From contig OZ240211.1 of the NCBI GenBank assembly GCA_965197525.1, forward strand, positions 480,001 through 544,000: a DNA stretch of 64,000 nucleotides. The letters run 5' to 3'. The notes beneath the pieces are model-generated. The model saw only the letters and a list, made by a program, of their open reading frames with translations, was not told the DNA's origin and did no database searches. This DNA comes from Nitrosopumilus sp. (GTDB taxonomy: Archaea > Thermoproteota > Nitrososphaeria > Nitrososphaerales > Nitrosopumilaceae). The position numbers and the translations under genes are program-made. Below, piece by piece: positions 33,270 through 43,736 of this stretch; position 1 is the stretch's first letter; each line of letters starts with the position of its first letter.

Positions 33270-34268
33270 CTATTCTTTGGAATCAGGCCACATCATTTTA
33301 CGCATGGCTTTACCAACTTTTTCAATCTGATGTGCATCATAATCTTGCATATATTTGTCAAAGGAGGCCTTGCCATTCTTTTGATACTCAGATATCCATT
33401 CTTTGTTAAATGTGCCGTCCTGAATCATATCAAGGACTTTTTTCATCTTTTCTTTATTTGCAGAGTCCATAACCATTGGTCCTCTAGTGAGTCCGCCATA
33501 TCTTGCAGTCTCACTTACACGTCTCCACATTCCGTTGATGCCATACTTTTGAATTAGATCTACAATGAGTTTCAGCTCGTGTAACACCTCAAAATATGCA
33601 ATCTCAGGTTGATAACCTGCCTCAACAAGTGTTTCAAACGCATTTGTAACCATGGATGCAGCACCACCACACAGATCAGCTTGTTCTCCAAACCAGTCAG
33701 TCTCTACCTCTTCTTTGAAACTAGTCTTGATCAATCCGGCCCTTGCACTACCTATACCTTTTGCAATGCCTAACGTTCTATCCCAAGCCTTTCCTGTAAA
33801 ATCTTGTTCTACTGCAACAATTGACGGAGTCCCAAAATTATCAAGATATGTCTCTCTTACTTTGGAACCCGGTCCCTTTGGTGCAACCATGATTATATCA
33901 ACATCAGATGGCGCCTCTATCCATTTCCAATAGATTGCAGCAGCATGTGAGAATGACAGTGATTTACCAGTTGAAAGATTTGGCTGTATCTCATCTTTGT
34001 ATACCTGACCTTGAATCATGTCAGGGATTAGTATATGAATAATGTCTGCCTGTTTTGTCGCATCTGCAACTGTTAATACTTTATGGCCATCGGATTCTGC
34101 CTTTCTCCAAGTGTTGCTACCTTTTTTGAGTCCAACTATCACGTTAAGACCGGAATCGCGCATGTTGTTGGCTTGTGCATCGCCTTGAATACCGTAGCCA
34201 ATCACAGCAATGACCTCGTCTTTGATAGAGTCAAGACTGATGTCATTATCTTTCCATACTTGTGCCAT
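33270..34268 (-). CDS. ilvC: Ketol-acid reductoisomerase
   Basis: IGYGIQG and ETDWFGEQADLCG motifs. Confidence 0.97.
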   Translation of the reverse strand: MAQVWKDNDISLDSIKDEVIAVIGYGIQGDAQANNMRDSGLNVIVGLKKGSNTWRKAESDGHKVLTVADATKQADIIHILIPDMIQGQVYKDEIQPNLSTGKSLSFSHAAAIYWKWIEAPSDVDIIMVAPKGPGSKVRETYLDNFGTPSIVAVEQDFTGKAWDRTLGIAKGIGSARAGLIKTSFKEEVETDWFGEQADLCGGAASMVTNAFETLVEAGYQPEIAYFEVLHELKLIVDLIQKYGINGMWRRVSETARYGGLTRGPMVMDSANKEKMKKVLDMIQDGTFNKEWISEYQKNGKASFDKYMQDYDAHQIEKVGKAMRKMMWPDSKE

Positions 34269-34304
34269 AATGATACCAAAAATACTGCAAATATTAACTA
34301 TGAT

Positions 34305-34442
34305 TTAGATTTGAATGATTTTGCCACATGAACGGCACTTTACAGTGACTATTTTTTCTGCTAGTCTTATAAACCGATTTGAGCCACATTCAGGACATAT
34401 GGGGCATGCGCGAATTTTATCCATGGTGCATGTATGAGCCAT
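34305..34442 (-). CDS. 45-aa zinc-ribbon microprotein
   Basis: Manual translation MAHTCTMDKIRACPICPECGSNRFIRLAEKIVTVKCRSCGKIIQI*. Ends 36 bp upstream of ilvC. Confidence 0.55.
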   Translation of the reverse strand: MAHTCTMDKIRACPICPECGSNRFIRLAEKIVTVKCRSCGKIIQI

Positions 34443-35134
34443 ACCAAATTAAAGATTACACTAAACTGATACTCAAAGTGTGATTTTGACAATGGTATCA
34501 GATGATACAGCATATAACCACGTTGGTCTAATAGTAGTTTGCTAGTACCATTTTCAGCCAAGATCAAAAATTGGATAGTATGGTCTGGGATTATGATGAC
34601 CAAGAATCACGTATCAACACGCTAGGACAAAATACAGGTTTTTGCATTAGAGGATTTACAATAATCGAATCAGATATTCATATAAAATAAAATTTGCAGG
34701 AATCAGATTCATAACTGTTTGGCGATACACGAGATATAACCACGTCTGCCAGTTTGAGAAAGTTGATGCGATATAATTGATTTTGACAACATTGAAATTA
34801 ATTTTACTAACGATTAAAACATTCATCAACATCATAAGATCATTCCAACATGATAAAGATGTTTTATTGATAGTGTATATAGATGATTTGCGATTTTTGT
34901 AACTGATAAAAGTTTTGTAAATATGTCAAAGAATGCGTATTTAGTGTGACAGTTCTAAAATAAAGTTATGTTTTTGATATACATACAAGCATATATGACG
35001 TGGCATGTATTAGCAGATCAATCTTTAGTATCACATTATAATAATAGATTGTGTAATGTGACACATCGCACTCATTTAATATTGGATGGATGATAATTTC
35101 AGGTGTATGGGTAAAGATAAATCAAGCTATAACA

Positions 35135-36055
35135 CTATGTAATAATACCGCTTCCAAGTATTCTAATAGTAGGGGATTCGGGTTTTAGAACCACGGCAAT
35201 CTGGTTCTTTTTACACACAATTGGTTTTTCAAACTCTAGTATTAACGGAGATATTGATAAAAATTTGGCAGATCTAACTTGCAAGCCAATACCAACCAGA
35301 CATCCTTGATTTACAGATATGTCATGTTTATAGAATGGGCTTTTTTTAAAATCTAATTGGATGGTTGAGACTATATCAACTAATCCCTCTTCGGTTATGA
35401 TATCGCCGCGCCCTACATCATCAGGTTTAGCGCCCTTTAATGCCAACCCCACACGTGCGGGTGCAGATGATACAGTGACTGGGTCATCATGCATTTGGAT
35501 AGATTTTATCATGACATCAACGCCTGCAGGGTACAGTTTGAGGTTATCATACTGGTTTACCTTACCATGTGTTACCTTGCCTAAAACAACTGTCCCGACA
35601 CCCTTGACGTCAAAACAGTGATCAACTACTATCTCAGCAGGCTCATCGTTTTGGACAGGCTCAAATTTATTTATCTCCTCTTTGATTTTATCATAATCAA
35701 CTTTGATGTACCCGTCTAGAACGGTATCTTTTATCATAGCGTCTAATCGGGACTCATCTACATCAAATGCGTGTGATAATATACCACGCTCCTTTTTTAA
35801 ACAGTCCAATGCAACGATCTGCTCTCCGGTAAATTTATCGAGCTTATCAACGTGAAAAATCACATACTCTGCTAAACTTATTGCCTGTAGCAGAGGTTGA
35901 ATTTTGTCAGGAAAACCACTAGGGGCAACCCAAGTTTTTATGATATCAGACTCTTTTCTGTCATAAAGTGTAATATCAGTCCGTGTTCCTACTTTTCCGA
36001 GATCAGATGCAATATTTTGATCACCCAAAACTACGAAATTGACAGATTTGACCAT
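35135..36055 (-). CDS. SelB-like / EF-Tu domain II protein with a degenerate G-domain
   Basis: VDHCFDVKGVGTVVLG and IKSIQMHD motifs. No GxxxxGK P-loop. Confidence 0.8.
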   Translation of the reverse strand: MVKSVNFVVLGDQNIASDLGKVGTRTDITLYDRKESDIIKTWVAPSGFPDKIQPLLQAISLAEYVIFHVDKLDKFTGEQIVALDCLKKERGILSHAFDVDESRLDAMIKDTVLDGYIKVDYDKIKEEINKFEPVQNDEPAEIVVDHCFDVKGVGTVVLGKVTHGKVNQYDNLKLYPAGVDVMIKSIQMHDDPVTVSSAPARVGLALKGAKPDDVGRGDIITEEGLVDIVSTIQLDFKKSPFYKHDISVNQGCLVGIGLQVRSAKFLSISPLILEFEKPIVCKKNQIAVVLKPESPTIRILGSGIIT

Positions 36056-36349
36056 ACGATCAAGATAACAGTTGTATCTTATGAAGTTTTGAATTTAGTA
36101 GGCAAACTATACGTAGAGTAATTAACTGATACATTGAGGTACTCGATAATGAACAGGTTTAAAATATGACACCATATCAACACGGATACTCAGAGAGATC
36201 ATCTTCGTTGTCCTGTTGCTCGTCTAAAATTCGAAGATGGTATAGTATCGATTTGTTGCCAGATGCCATAGCAAATTATGATAGAGAGGGTATAAAAACA
36301 TGTTGTATGTAGCCATACCCTCCCCCACTTACATTATTAGATATAGATA

Positions 36350-36380
36350 CCCCCTCCCCCTCCCCTCCAAATACCCGCCC
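36350..36380 (-). other. Potential G-quadruplex motif
   Basis: Minus strand GGGCGGGTATTTGGAGGGGAGGGGGAGGGGG in AT-rich intergenic DNA. Confidence 0.4.
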
Positions 36381-36418
36381 ATTTATCTGTGCATCTATCC
36401 ATATTCCAGTACATCATC

Positions 36419-36798
36419 GGGTTCTGTTGGGTTATCGAGATCTAAAACATAGAAATAAATACTTTTAATCATTACCATAATCATTGAACAGCACGAACAC
36501 GCAATATCCAGGATGCGGAAAGAAACTCCAAGAGGATATTATGCAACAACATCATAAATTATCGTGTACTAATTGTGGATTGTTCATTGATATGAACGCA
36601 TCTCACAAGCTGTCCCCTAGGTTTAGGGATAGTAGAGATGACATACATGAAGCGCAGTCTGGCACTTTTGAGTCAGCAATGTCGGAACCCAGCACACCGT
36701 CGGTAATCCGAATAGTCGATATGTCAAAGTCAGGTTATATGGAGAGGAACTTTGTTAATACACAACAAATTTCAGGTCTCGATAACCCAACAGAACCC
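36419..36798 (+). mobile_element. MITE-like deletion derivative of the tnpB element (E4, 380 bp)
   Basis: Perfect 22-bp TIRs GGGTTCTGTTGGGTTATCGAGA (36419-36440 and 36777-36798). The interior is the decayed tnpB zinc finger and 3' end. Confidence 0.92.
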
Positions 36799-36800
36799 TA

Positions 36801-37556
36801 CTATGGAAAAGAGTTCAGGGCAGATACATAGCTTGCAAATCGGTGATTTTTTGGCTTGACCTTTTTGTCATGGTATTTAACGGCGGATTTTTTGTTTACT
36901 GCACCATAAAGACCAAGTGGCGTATATCTAGGCAAGTTGTCGTGCGCCCAGCCAAGAACTTCATCATTTGGTGCATAATAGTTTACAGTTTTTGTTTTGA
37001 TGATTGATTTGAATATTTTAGAGTATTGCAGGGATGAGGGTACATCATGGGTAATTGATGCACCAAAAAAATATACGCTGTTAATAATTCCAGTGTTTGT
37101 TTTCTTTCTTGCAAGATACGACAAAGTACTGAGGATTACCTGGGATCCAAGAGAGTGACCAAGCAGACGAATTCTAGTGCCAGGACTTGCGAGTTTAAAA
37201 TCTTCAATGAATGCTCCAAGATTTTTACCGTTTTTCTTGGCAATAACTTGACCTACTGCCAAAGCATGTTTTTGGTGTTTTGTGCTGTACGCACCTACGG
37301 TGTTTGAGTCGTAGCTGAATCCGATGACTGGGTGCATATAGCCTAATCTACGTAGTCGAGTTTTGGCCAAGAGAGCTTTGGCAATGGCGCCTGCATTGTT
37401 GTTTCTAAAACCATGAATCATTATTACGAGTTCTTTTGAGCCGACTAATCCCTTAAAACCATTTTTTGGGTAAATACGATACAAGTCATTACGTAGGGCA
37501 GTGCCGTCAGATAGGTCATAGCATCCTCTGGTTGTGACTCGTAAAATGGGTTTCAT
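36801..37556 (-). CDS. Alpha/beta hydrolase (DUF726/DUF900-like)
   Basis: MIHGF, nucleophile motif GHSLG, C-terminal HRFASY. Confidence 0.8.
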   Translation of the reverse strand: MKPILRVTTRGCYDLSDGTALRNDLYRIYPKNGFKGLVGSKELVIMIHGFRNNNAGAIAKALLAKTRLRRLGYMHPVIGFSYDSNTVGAYSTKHQKHALAVGQVIAKKNGKNLGAFIEDFKLASPGTRIRLLGHSLGSQVILSTLSYLARKKTNTGIINSVYFFGASITHDVPSSLQYSKIFKSIIKTKTVNYYAPNDEVLGWAHDNLPRYTPLGLYGAVNKKSAVKYHDKKVKPKNHRFASYVSALNSFP

Positions 37557-39319
37557 GATATGTCAGATGTTGTTGATGTTGATTGGGGTGACGATGGTCC
37601 TAGGCGTTTTTTATGCTCTTCAATATCAGATGGGTCAACCTTGGTAAAGAGTGGAGAAGACTCGCCTATAGTATGTGAAGATGTTACACCAAACGCAGAG
37701 ATATCACCCCATGAAGAATCTGAAACTGTTCCATCAAATCCAAGCTGAGACCACATCTTTTGCGCAGATTCGGGTATAAACGGAGACAATGCGATTGCTA
37801 GACTCTTGACGGCATTTACGGAAAAATACACACAGTTTGCAGTACCGGTACCTCTCTTCCATGGTTCCTTGTGTTGAAAATATTGATTAAAAAACGATGA
37901 GAATTCTAAGATCTTCTTCAAGGCCCTATCAAGATGATTCTGTTCTAGCAGGATACGCGTCTCAGAAGCGACATTCTGAATTCTAGTCTTTGCTTGTATG
38001 TCGTGTTCATCAAGGGAGTCAGCATCAGGAACGATACCGTTGTATGTCTTTTTAGTAAATCCTAATGCGCGATTAACAAAGTTGCCAATATTGCCAATCA
38101 ATTCAGAGTTTATCCGTAGAGTAAAATCATCCCAGTCAAAGTTCAGATCATCTTGAGAGTACGGATTAATTGAAACAAGATAAAACCTTAGATAGTCAGC
38201 AGGATAGTATCCCAGAAACTCTTTTAGACCGATATACCAATTTCTGCTTTTGGAGATCTTTTTGGCTTGTAGTGTCAAATGTCCACGGGTAGGAATGTAA
38301 TCAGGAAGTTTGTACTCGCTGTCTATACCCAATCGCATTGCAGGTAAAAATAGATAATGGTGATACACGATATCCTTTCCGATGAAATGATAAATATCAG
38401 CAGAATTCCAAAACTCTTTGCCATTGATTCCTTTTTCGTTTAAGAACTTTAGTGCAGTAGAGATGTATGCAAGATGATTATCAAACCATCCGTAAAAGAC
38501 TTTGTTTGATGGAGTGGTAATAGATGTATTGCCATTATCATGATGGCCGTCAGCATTATGATCGTCGTGCTGGGAATCATCATCATCGGAGGTAATTGAT
38601 GGAACAGGAACCCCCCAAGGGATATCCCTAGTGATATCCCAATCAATCAATCCGGATTTGATCCAGTTTTGAACATATTTTTTAACATCCTTTTGAAGCA
38701 AGTCATTATTATCAAGCCATTGAGATATAGAATCAGAAAAGTTTGTAAGTTTGAAAAAGTAATGCCGGGTCTTTTCTTTGGTTGGAGGTTTACTACACAA
38801 AGAACATTTTGGGTTAACTATCTCATCAGGTACACGGCTACAACTCTCGCACAGATCAGAGTACTGGTCATCAGCATGACAGTAAGGACAGGTACCCTTT
38901 ACATATCTGTCAGGTAAAAATTTCTTGTCGTAATTACAGTAAAACTGGATGATATCTTGTTCGTATATGTGACCTGCAGCATTTAATTTTTTAAAGACGT
39001 CTTGTACAAACGCTATATTTTCAGACGAGCTGGTCTTGTAAAAATAGTCAAACTGTATATTACACGCCTTAAAGTCATCCAAATCTTGTTTGTTCCAGTA
39101 CGCAACATACTGGGCAGGAGTCTTGCCTTCCTTTTCTGATTGGATTAGAATAGGAGTGCCAAAGTCATCAGATGCACAGAAATAGTATGCATCAACGCCG
39201 TTTAGTCTCAAAAACCTAGTTGTAACATCGGCAGGAAGATAGGTTGATGCAATATGCCCCAAATGGATATCGCCATTAGAGTAGGGTAATGCACTTGTAA
39301 TGATAGCTCTTTTATTCAT
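37553..39319 (-). CDS. metG: Methionyl-tRNA synthetase
   Basis: LPYSNGDIHLGH, zinc knuckles, KISKS motifs. Confidence 0.97.
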   Translation of the reverse strand: MNKRAIITSALPYSNGDIHLGHIASTYLPADVTTRFLRLNGVDAYYFCASDDFGTPILIQSEKEGKTPAQYVAYWNKQDLDDFKACNIQFDYFYKTSSSENIAFVQDVFKKLNAAGHIYEQDIIQFYCNYDKKFLPDRYVKGTCPYCHADDQYSDLCESCSRVPDEIVNPKCSLCSKPPTKEKTRHYFFKLTNFSDSISQWLDNNDLLQKDVKKYVQNWIKSGLIDWDITRDIPWGVPVPSITSDDDDSQHDDHNADGHHDNGNTSITTPSNKVFYGWFDNHLAYISTALKFLNEKGINGKEFWNSADIYHFIGKDIVYHHYLFLPAMRLGIDSEYKLPDYIPTRGHLTLQAKKISKSRNWYIGLKEFLGYYPADYLRFYLVSINPYSQDDLNFDWDDFTLRINSELIGNIGNFVNRALGFTKKTYNGIVPDADSLDEHDIQAKTRIQNVASETRILLEQNHLDRALKKILEFSSFFNQYFQHKEPWKRGTGTANCVYFSVNAVKSLAIALSPFIPESAQKMWSQLGFDGTVSDSSWGDISAFGVTSSHTIGESSPLFTKVDPSDIEEHKKRLGPSSPQSTSTTSDIS

Positions 39320-39357
39320 CAGATATATAGTGTGGCAAAGTTGGTGTTATTGAATTT

Positions 39358-40608
39358 TTACCAGCTAGAGGCATACTTGAGCTGCTCAGAGTTGAGTTTA
39401 TCTATTTTGACATGCATTGCTTGTAGAGCATCAGCTGCTACCTGTCTATCGATCTCTTCGGGGACATTAATAATCTTGTTTTCCATATTTGCGTGGTTTT
39501 TGAGGATATATAGAATAGACAGGATCTGGTTTGAGAATGATTGTGCCATGACTTCAGGAGGATGCCCTTCTGCTGCAACTAAATTCGCAAGACGGCCTTG
39601 TCCTATCAGATATACCACTTTGCCATTCGTTAATGTACACTCATCCAGGTTTTCTCTCACTGTTCTGACAGATTTTGATGACTCTAACAAGAATTTACTG
39701 TCTATCTCTACATCAAAGTGCCCCACATTGCCCATTATAGCCCCATCTCTCATCTGTAAGATGTGTTCTTTTCGAACTACACTAGTCATGCCAGTACATG
39801 TAACGAAGAGATCACCAATCTTTGCAGCTTGGGACATGGGCATGACATCAAACCCGTCCATGTGTGCCTCTAGTGCCTTTACGGGATCAATTTCGGTGAC
39901 TATAACTTTTGAACCCATGCCATGAAATCGCGCGGCAACTCCACGTCCTACCCAACCATATCCTGCAACTACAACACGCTTTGATGCCATGAGAAGATTC
40001 ATCGCACGCAGATAGCCATCAATGGTACTCTGACCGGTACCATACCTATTATCAAACATGTGTTTGGTGTATGCCTCATTGACTAAGATTACAGGATATC
40101 TAAGTTTGCCCTGATTCTCAACTGCACGAATTCTAGTAACACCTGCTGTTGTCTCTTCAGTAGCTCCTAGAATTTTCATAGATGAGAATCGTTTGTCAAA
40201 GTGAGCCTTGATATTCATATCAGCGCCATCATCAGTAAGAATGACAGGACTGTGTTTTAGTACCTGGTCAATACACCAATCATACTCTTTTACTGATTGA
40301 TCATTCCAAGAGTAAACATGAATGCCTTGAGATGCTAAAAATGCAGCAATATCATTTTGTGTAGTCAATGGATTTCCACCACAGCATGCAACAGTTGCAC
40401 CTAGTTCTTTGGCACCCATGAGCAGTACTGATGTCTCCTTGGTAATATGCAGGCAAAAGCCCAATGTGACACCTTTGAGAGGTTGGGATTTTTTATAGCG
40501 ATTAATGGTATTGGACAGAATCGGCATATGGGACTTTGCCCATTGGTAGGACAAACTACCTTTATTGATCAGTTTTGCACTAGTCTTTACTTTACTCAAT
40601 GATTTCAC
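39358..40608 (-). CDS. ahcY: S-adenosylhomocysteine hydrolase
   Basis: EETTAG, FDNRYGTGQS, GYGWVGRG and AAEGHP motifs. Confidence 0.97.
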   Translation of the reverse strand: MKSLSKVKTSAKLINKGSLSYQWAKSHMPILSNTINRYKKSQPLKGVTLGFCLHITKETSVLLMGAKELGATVACCGGNPLTTQNDIAAFLASQGIHVYSWNDQSVKEYDWCIDQVLKHSPVILTDDGADMNIKAHFDKRFSSMKILGATEETTAGVTRIRAVENQGKLRYPVILVNEAYTKHMFDNRYGTGQSTIDGYLRAMNLLMASKRVVVAGYGWVGRGVAARFHGMGSKVIVTEIDPVKALEAHMDGFDVMPMSQAAKIGDLFVTCTGMTSVVRKEHILQMRDGAIMGNVGHFDVEIDSKFLLESSKSVRTVRENLDECTLTNGKVVYLIGQGRLANLVAAEGHPPEVMAQSFSNQILSILYILKNHANMENKIINVPEEIDRQVAADALQAMHVKIDKLNSEQLKYASSW

Positions 40609-40779
40609 GCAAGAGTTAGACTATAAAATTCTATAGAGAATGTAGGATTACAAAAAACCGGTTGCGGTAATATCGTAGTAGAGTAACAGAATTTTAGGCG
40701 ATACTAACATGTCATACATTACTAAAAATACTTTCAGATTACACCGCCATCACGCAGAACCTAAATAAACAGCGATGAT

Positions 40780-41100
40780 ATGGCAAATATATTGACCTGG
40801 AAGAAGATTGCAGAAAAAGGAGCAGTATCGGCAGGAAAAGGAAAAGCATTCAAGATTGACGGAAAGCAGATTGCGATATTTAATCAGGGTAATCAGCACC
40901 ATGCAATAGACGACCTCTGCGTTCATCAGGACGGCTCAATTGCACCAGGCAAGTTAGACGGAGATATTGTAGAGTGTCCATTGCACTTTTGGCACTATAA
41001 TATAAAGACAGGTCAACTAGTCGATTATCTCAAAGATGTAAAGTTAGAGACATACCCAGTAGAGATAAGAGACGATGGAATATACGTCGATATAGAATGA
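40780..41100 (+). CDS. Rieske [2Fe-2S] ferredoxin
   Basis: C-V-H...C-P-L-H ligands. Confidence 0.9.
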   Translation: MANILTWKKIAEKGAVSAGKGKAFKIDGKQIAIFNQGNQHHAIDDLCVHQDGSIAPGKLDGDIVECPLHFWHYNIKTGQLVDYLKDVKLETYPVEIRDDGIYVDIE

Positions 41101-41345
41101 TTGCGTCTTGACAAACCATCAAGAGTCACCAATCTTGGCAGGCATGAACAGAATACGGTACAGATACGACAACTAACATAAATGTATACAGTCGTGATAA
41201 TACAATTAAATTCATCAAAAAATGTAAATCAAAATACAAGAGTGCAACAATCTTGTTTAGCATTCATAATACAATCTGGAATCATACCATATCTACAAAA
41301 AAAGAGAGACAAAAGGTTTATTCTCATATATTATAAAGAGAATTA

Positions 41346-42143
41346 TTGAATCAAGATATCATAAATGAGATCATAAATCAAGATTACAAGGCCATTGCAG
41401 ACAAAATTGAAAAGTTTGTACTAGATGCAGTAAATAATAGTCATGCAAGAGGAGTCGTTTTAGGGTTAAGTGGGGGCATAGATTCGGCAGTTTTAGCATA
41501 TATCTGTAAAAACAAATTGCAAAAGGAGACGCTTGTACTGGTAATGCCAGACACTGACATCACACCACAAACAGAGACACAGGATGCGTTAAAGATGGTC
41601 TCACTGACTGGTATACAATCCAAACTAGTTGACATTAAACCGATCATAGAAGAGTATTCGAAATATTTGGAACCAGATGAAACCTCCAAAGGCAATCTTC
41701 GTGCAAGGGTCAGAACCAACATACTATACTACTATGCCAATGCAAAAAACTATCTGGTTTTAGGTTCAAGCGACAAGAGTGAGTACATGATAGGATACTT
41801 TACAAAATTCGGAGATGGTGCATCAGATATAGCACCGATTGCGTCACTGTACAAACTTCAGATAAGAGAGATTGCAAAGTATTTAGGCGTACCAAAAGAG
41901 ATCATCGCAAAAAAGAGCAGTCCGCACCTATGGAAGGAGCATCAGGCAGAAAAAGAGATCGGGTTATCATACGAGGAGATCGACTCGATACTTTACTGCC
42001 TCATTGAGAAAAAGTTATCACTCAAAGAGACGGAGACTGCCACTCAGATAGACGAGGCGTCCATCAAAAAGATAAATCAATTACAGACAGACAGCGAACA
42101 TAAACGATCAACTATACATAAACTAGATGTGAGACAAGCATGA
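41346..42143 (+). CDS. nadE: NH3-dependent NAD+ synthetase
   Basis: GLSGGIDS, GNLRARVR, GYFTKFGDG motifs. Confidence 0.96.
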   Translation: MNQDIINEIINQDYKAIADKIEKFVLDAVNNSHARGVVLGLSGGIDSAVLAYICKNKLQKETLVLVMPDTDITPQTETQDALKMVSLTGIQSKLVDIKPIIEEYSKYLEPDETSKGNLRARVRTNILYYYANAKNYLVLGSSDKSEYMIGYFTKFGDGASDIAPIASLYKLQIREIAKYLGVPKEIIAKKSSPHLWKEHQAEKEIGLSYEEIDSILYCLIEKKLSLKETETATQIDEASIKKINQLQTDSEHKRSTIHKLDVRQA

Positions 42144-43558
42144 GGATACGGGATACACTATCAAAGTTGCATCAAGAGTTGGATGTTTCAAAGAACGTTA
42201 GAATTTACTTGTGTGGAGTTACAGTTTATGATGAATCACACATAGGACATGCAAGAACGATCATAGTTTTTGATGTTCTTCGAAGATATTTGGAGAGTAA
42301 AGATGTAAAGATAGAGTTTGTTCAAAACTTTACAGATGTTGATGACAAAATCATACAACGCGCACGACAAGAAAACACAACTGCTGATAATATCAGCACC
42401 AGATACATAAACAACTACTTTAGGGACTTTGACGGACTGAATGTAAAACGTGCTACAATGTATCCAAAGGCGACGCAGCATATTGATGACATCATCAGAG
42501 TCATACAAAAGCTAGTCGATGAAGACGCAGCATATACTACAGGCAACGGAGTGTATTTTGCAGTATCAAAATTTCCAGAATACGGCAAATTATCAAAAAA
42601 GAAGATAGAAGAGCTGCAGTCAGGGGCAAGAATAGAGATAGACGAGCAAAAACGAGATCCGCTTGATTTTGCGCTGTGGAAGAAGTCCTCAGACGTAGCA
42701 CCGACATGGCCTAGTCCATGGGGGACAGGAAGGCCCGGATGGCATATCGAATGCTCTGCAATGAGTATAAAGTATCTAGGAGAGAATTTTGAGATTCATG
42801 GCGGTGGACGAGACCTGATATTCCCACACCACGAAAATGAGATTGCACAGTCTGAGTCATATACCTGTGTGCCGTTTGCAAAAATTTGGATGCACGTTGG
42901 AATGGTAACAATAAACGGGGAGAAGATGTCCAAATCCATAGGAAACGTAAAGTCGATTAGAACAGTCTCTGATAGATGGGGTCCTAACATAGTTAGACTG
43001 TTCTGTCTGTCAGGGCATTACTCTAAGCCAATCGACTATTCTGAAGAGCTGTTAATGGAGAACTTGACAAAATGGAGGCAGGCAGAGGCGTGTTATTACG
43101 AATTGATTCATGCTTCTTCTTCTTCTAATGAGGAGGATGTAACAATCAATCTTGACATACAGAAAATAGTAGCAAGATTTGATGATGCGCTAGATGATGA
43201 TTTAAACACACATCTTGCGTTAACAGCGTTTTTTGAGGTGGCAAAAGAGACTAACAGGATAGTAGCTGCAAACCAAAGAATTGGAATAAGTGATGCAAAG
43301 ATGATCAAAATAGAATTTGAACGGATGCAAAAAATTTTAGGGCTAAGAGTTCAACAAATAACTACTGACGAAAAACAAGAGATCGACGAATTGCTTGCAA
43401 AAAGAGAACTACACAGAGAGAGAAAAGAGTTTGAAGAAGCTGATACAATTCGTAGACGACTAAACGAGATGAATATAGAGCTAGTTGATCATAAAGATAA
43501 AACGATTTGGATACGAAAAGAGATTATCAAAGCAGAGACTGAAAAAAACGAGATTTAG
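42140..43558 (+). CDS. cysS: Cysteinyl-tRNA synthetase
   Basis: CGVTVYD, HIGH, GRPGWHIECSAM and KMSKS motifs. Confidence 0.97.
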   Translation: MRIRDTLSKLHQELDVSKNVRIYLCGVTVYDESHIGHARTIIVFDVLRRYLESKDVKIEFVQNFTDVDDKIIQRARQENTTADNISTRYINNYFRDFDGLNVKRATMYPKATQHIDDIIRVIQKLVDEDAAYTTGNGVYFAVSKFPEYGKLSKKKIEELQSGARIEIDEQKRDPLDFALWKKSSDVAPTWPSPWGTGRPGWHIECSAMSIKYLGENFEIHGGGRDLIFPHHENEIAQSESYTCVPFAKIWMHVGMVTINGEKMSKSIGNVKSIRTVSDRWGPNIVRLFCLSGHYSKPIDYSEELLMENLTKWRQAEACYYELIHASSSSNEEDVTINLDIQKIVARFDDALDDDLNTHLALTAFFEVAKETNRIVAANQRIGISDAKMIKIEFERMQKILGLRVQQITTDEKQEIDELLAKRELHRERKEFEEADTIRRRLNEMNIELVDHKDKTIWIRKEIIKAETEKNEI

Positions 43559-43736
43559 AATTGTGCATAATTTCTAGTAGTTTTATTCTGTAGGAAACTA
43601 AATTGCATGCTAGTTGCATTAACGCTCTTGAATCGCATCATTAAGAACTTGGATATAATTACTTGACATAGAAAACAATGACTACAAAATAAATATAGAG
43701 ATTTACAAGATGGCAGTACTGTAGTTATAGTTAATC

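Noticed and set aside
39332-39925. 197-aa plus-strand ORF
   Set aside because: Antisense to ahcY.
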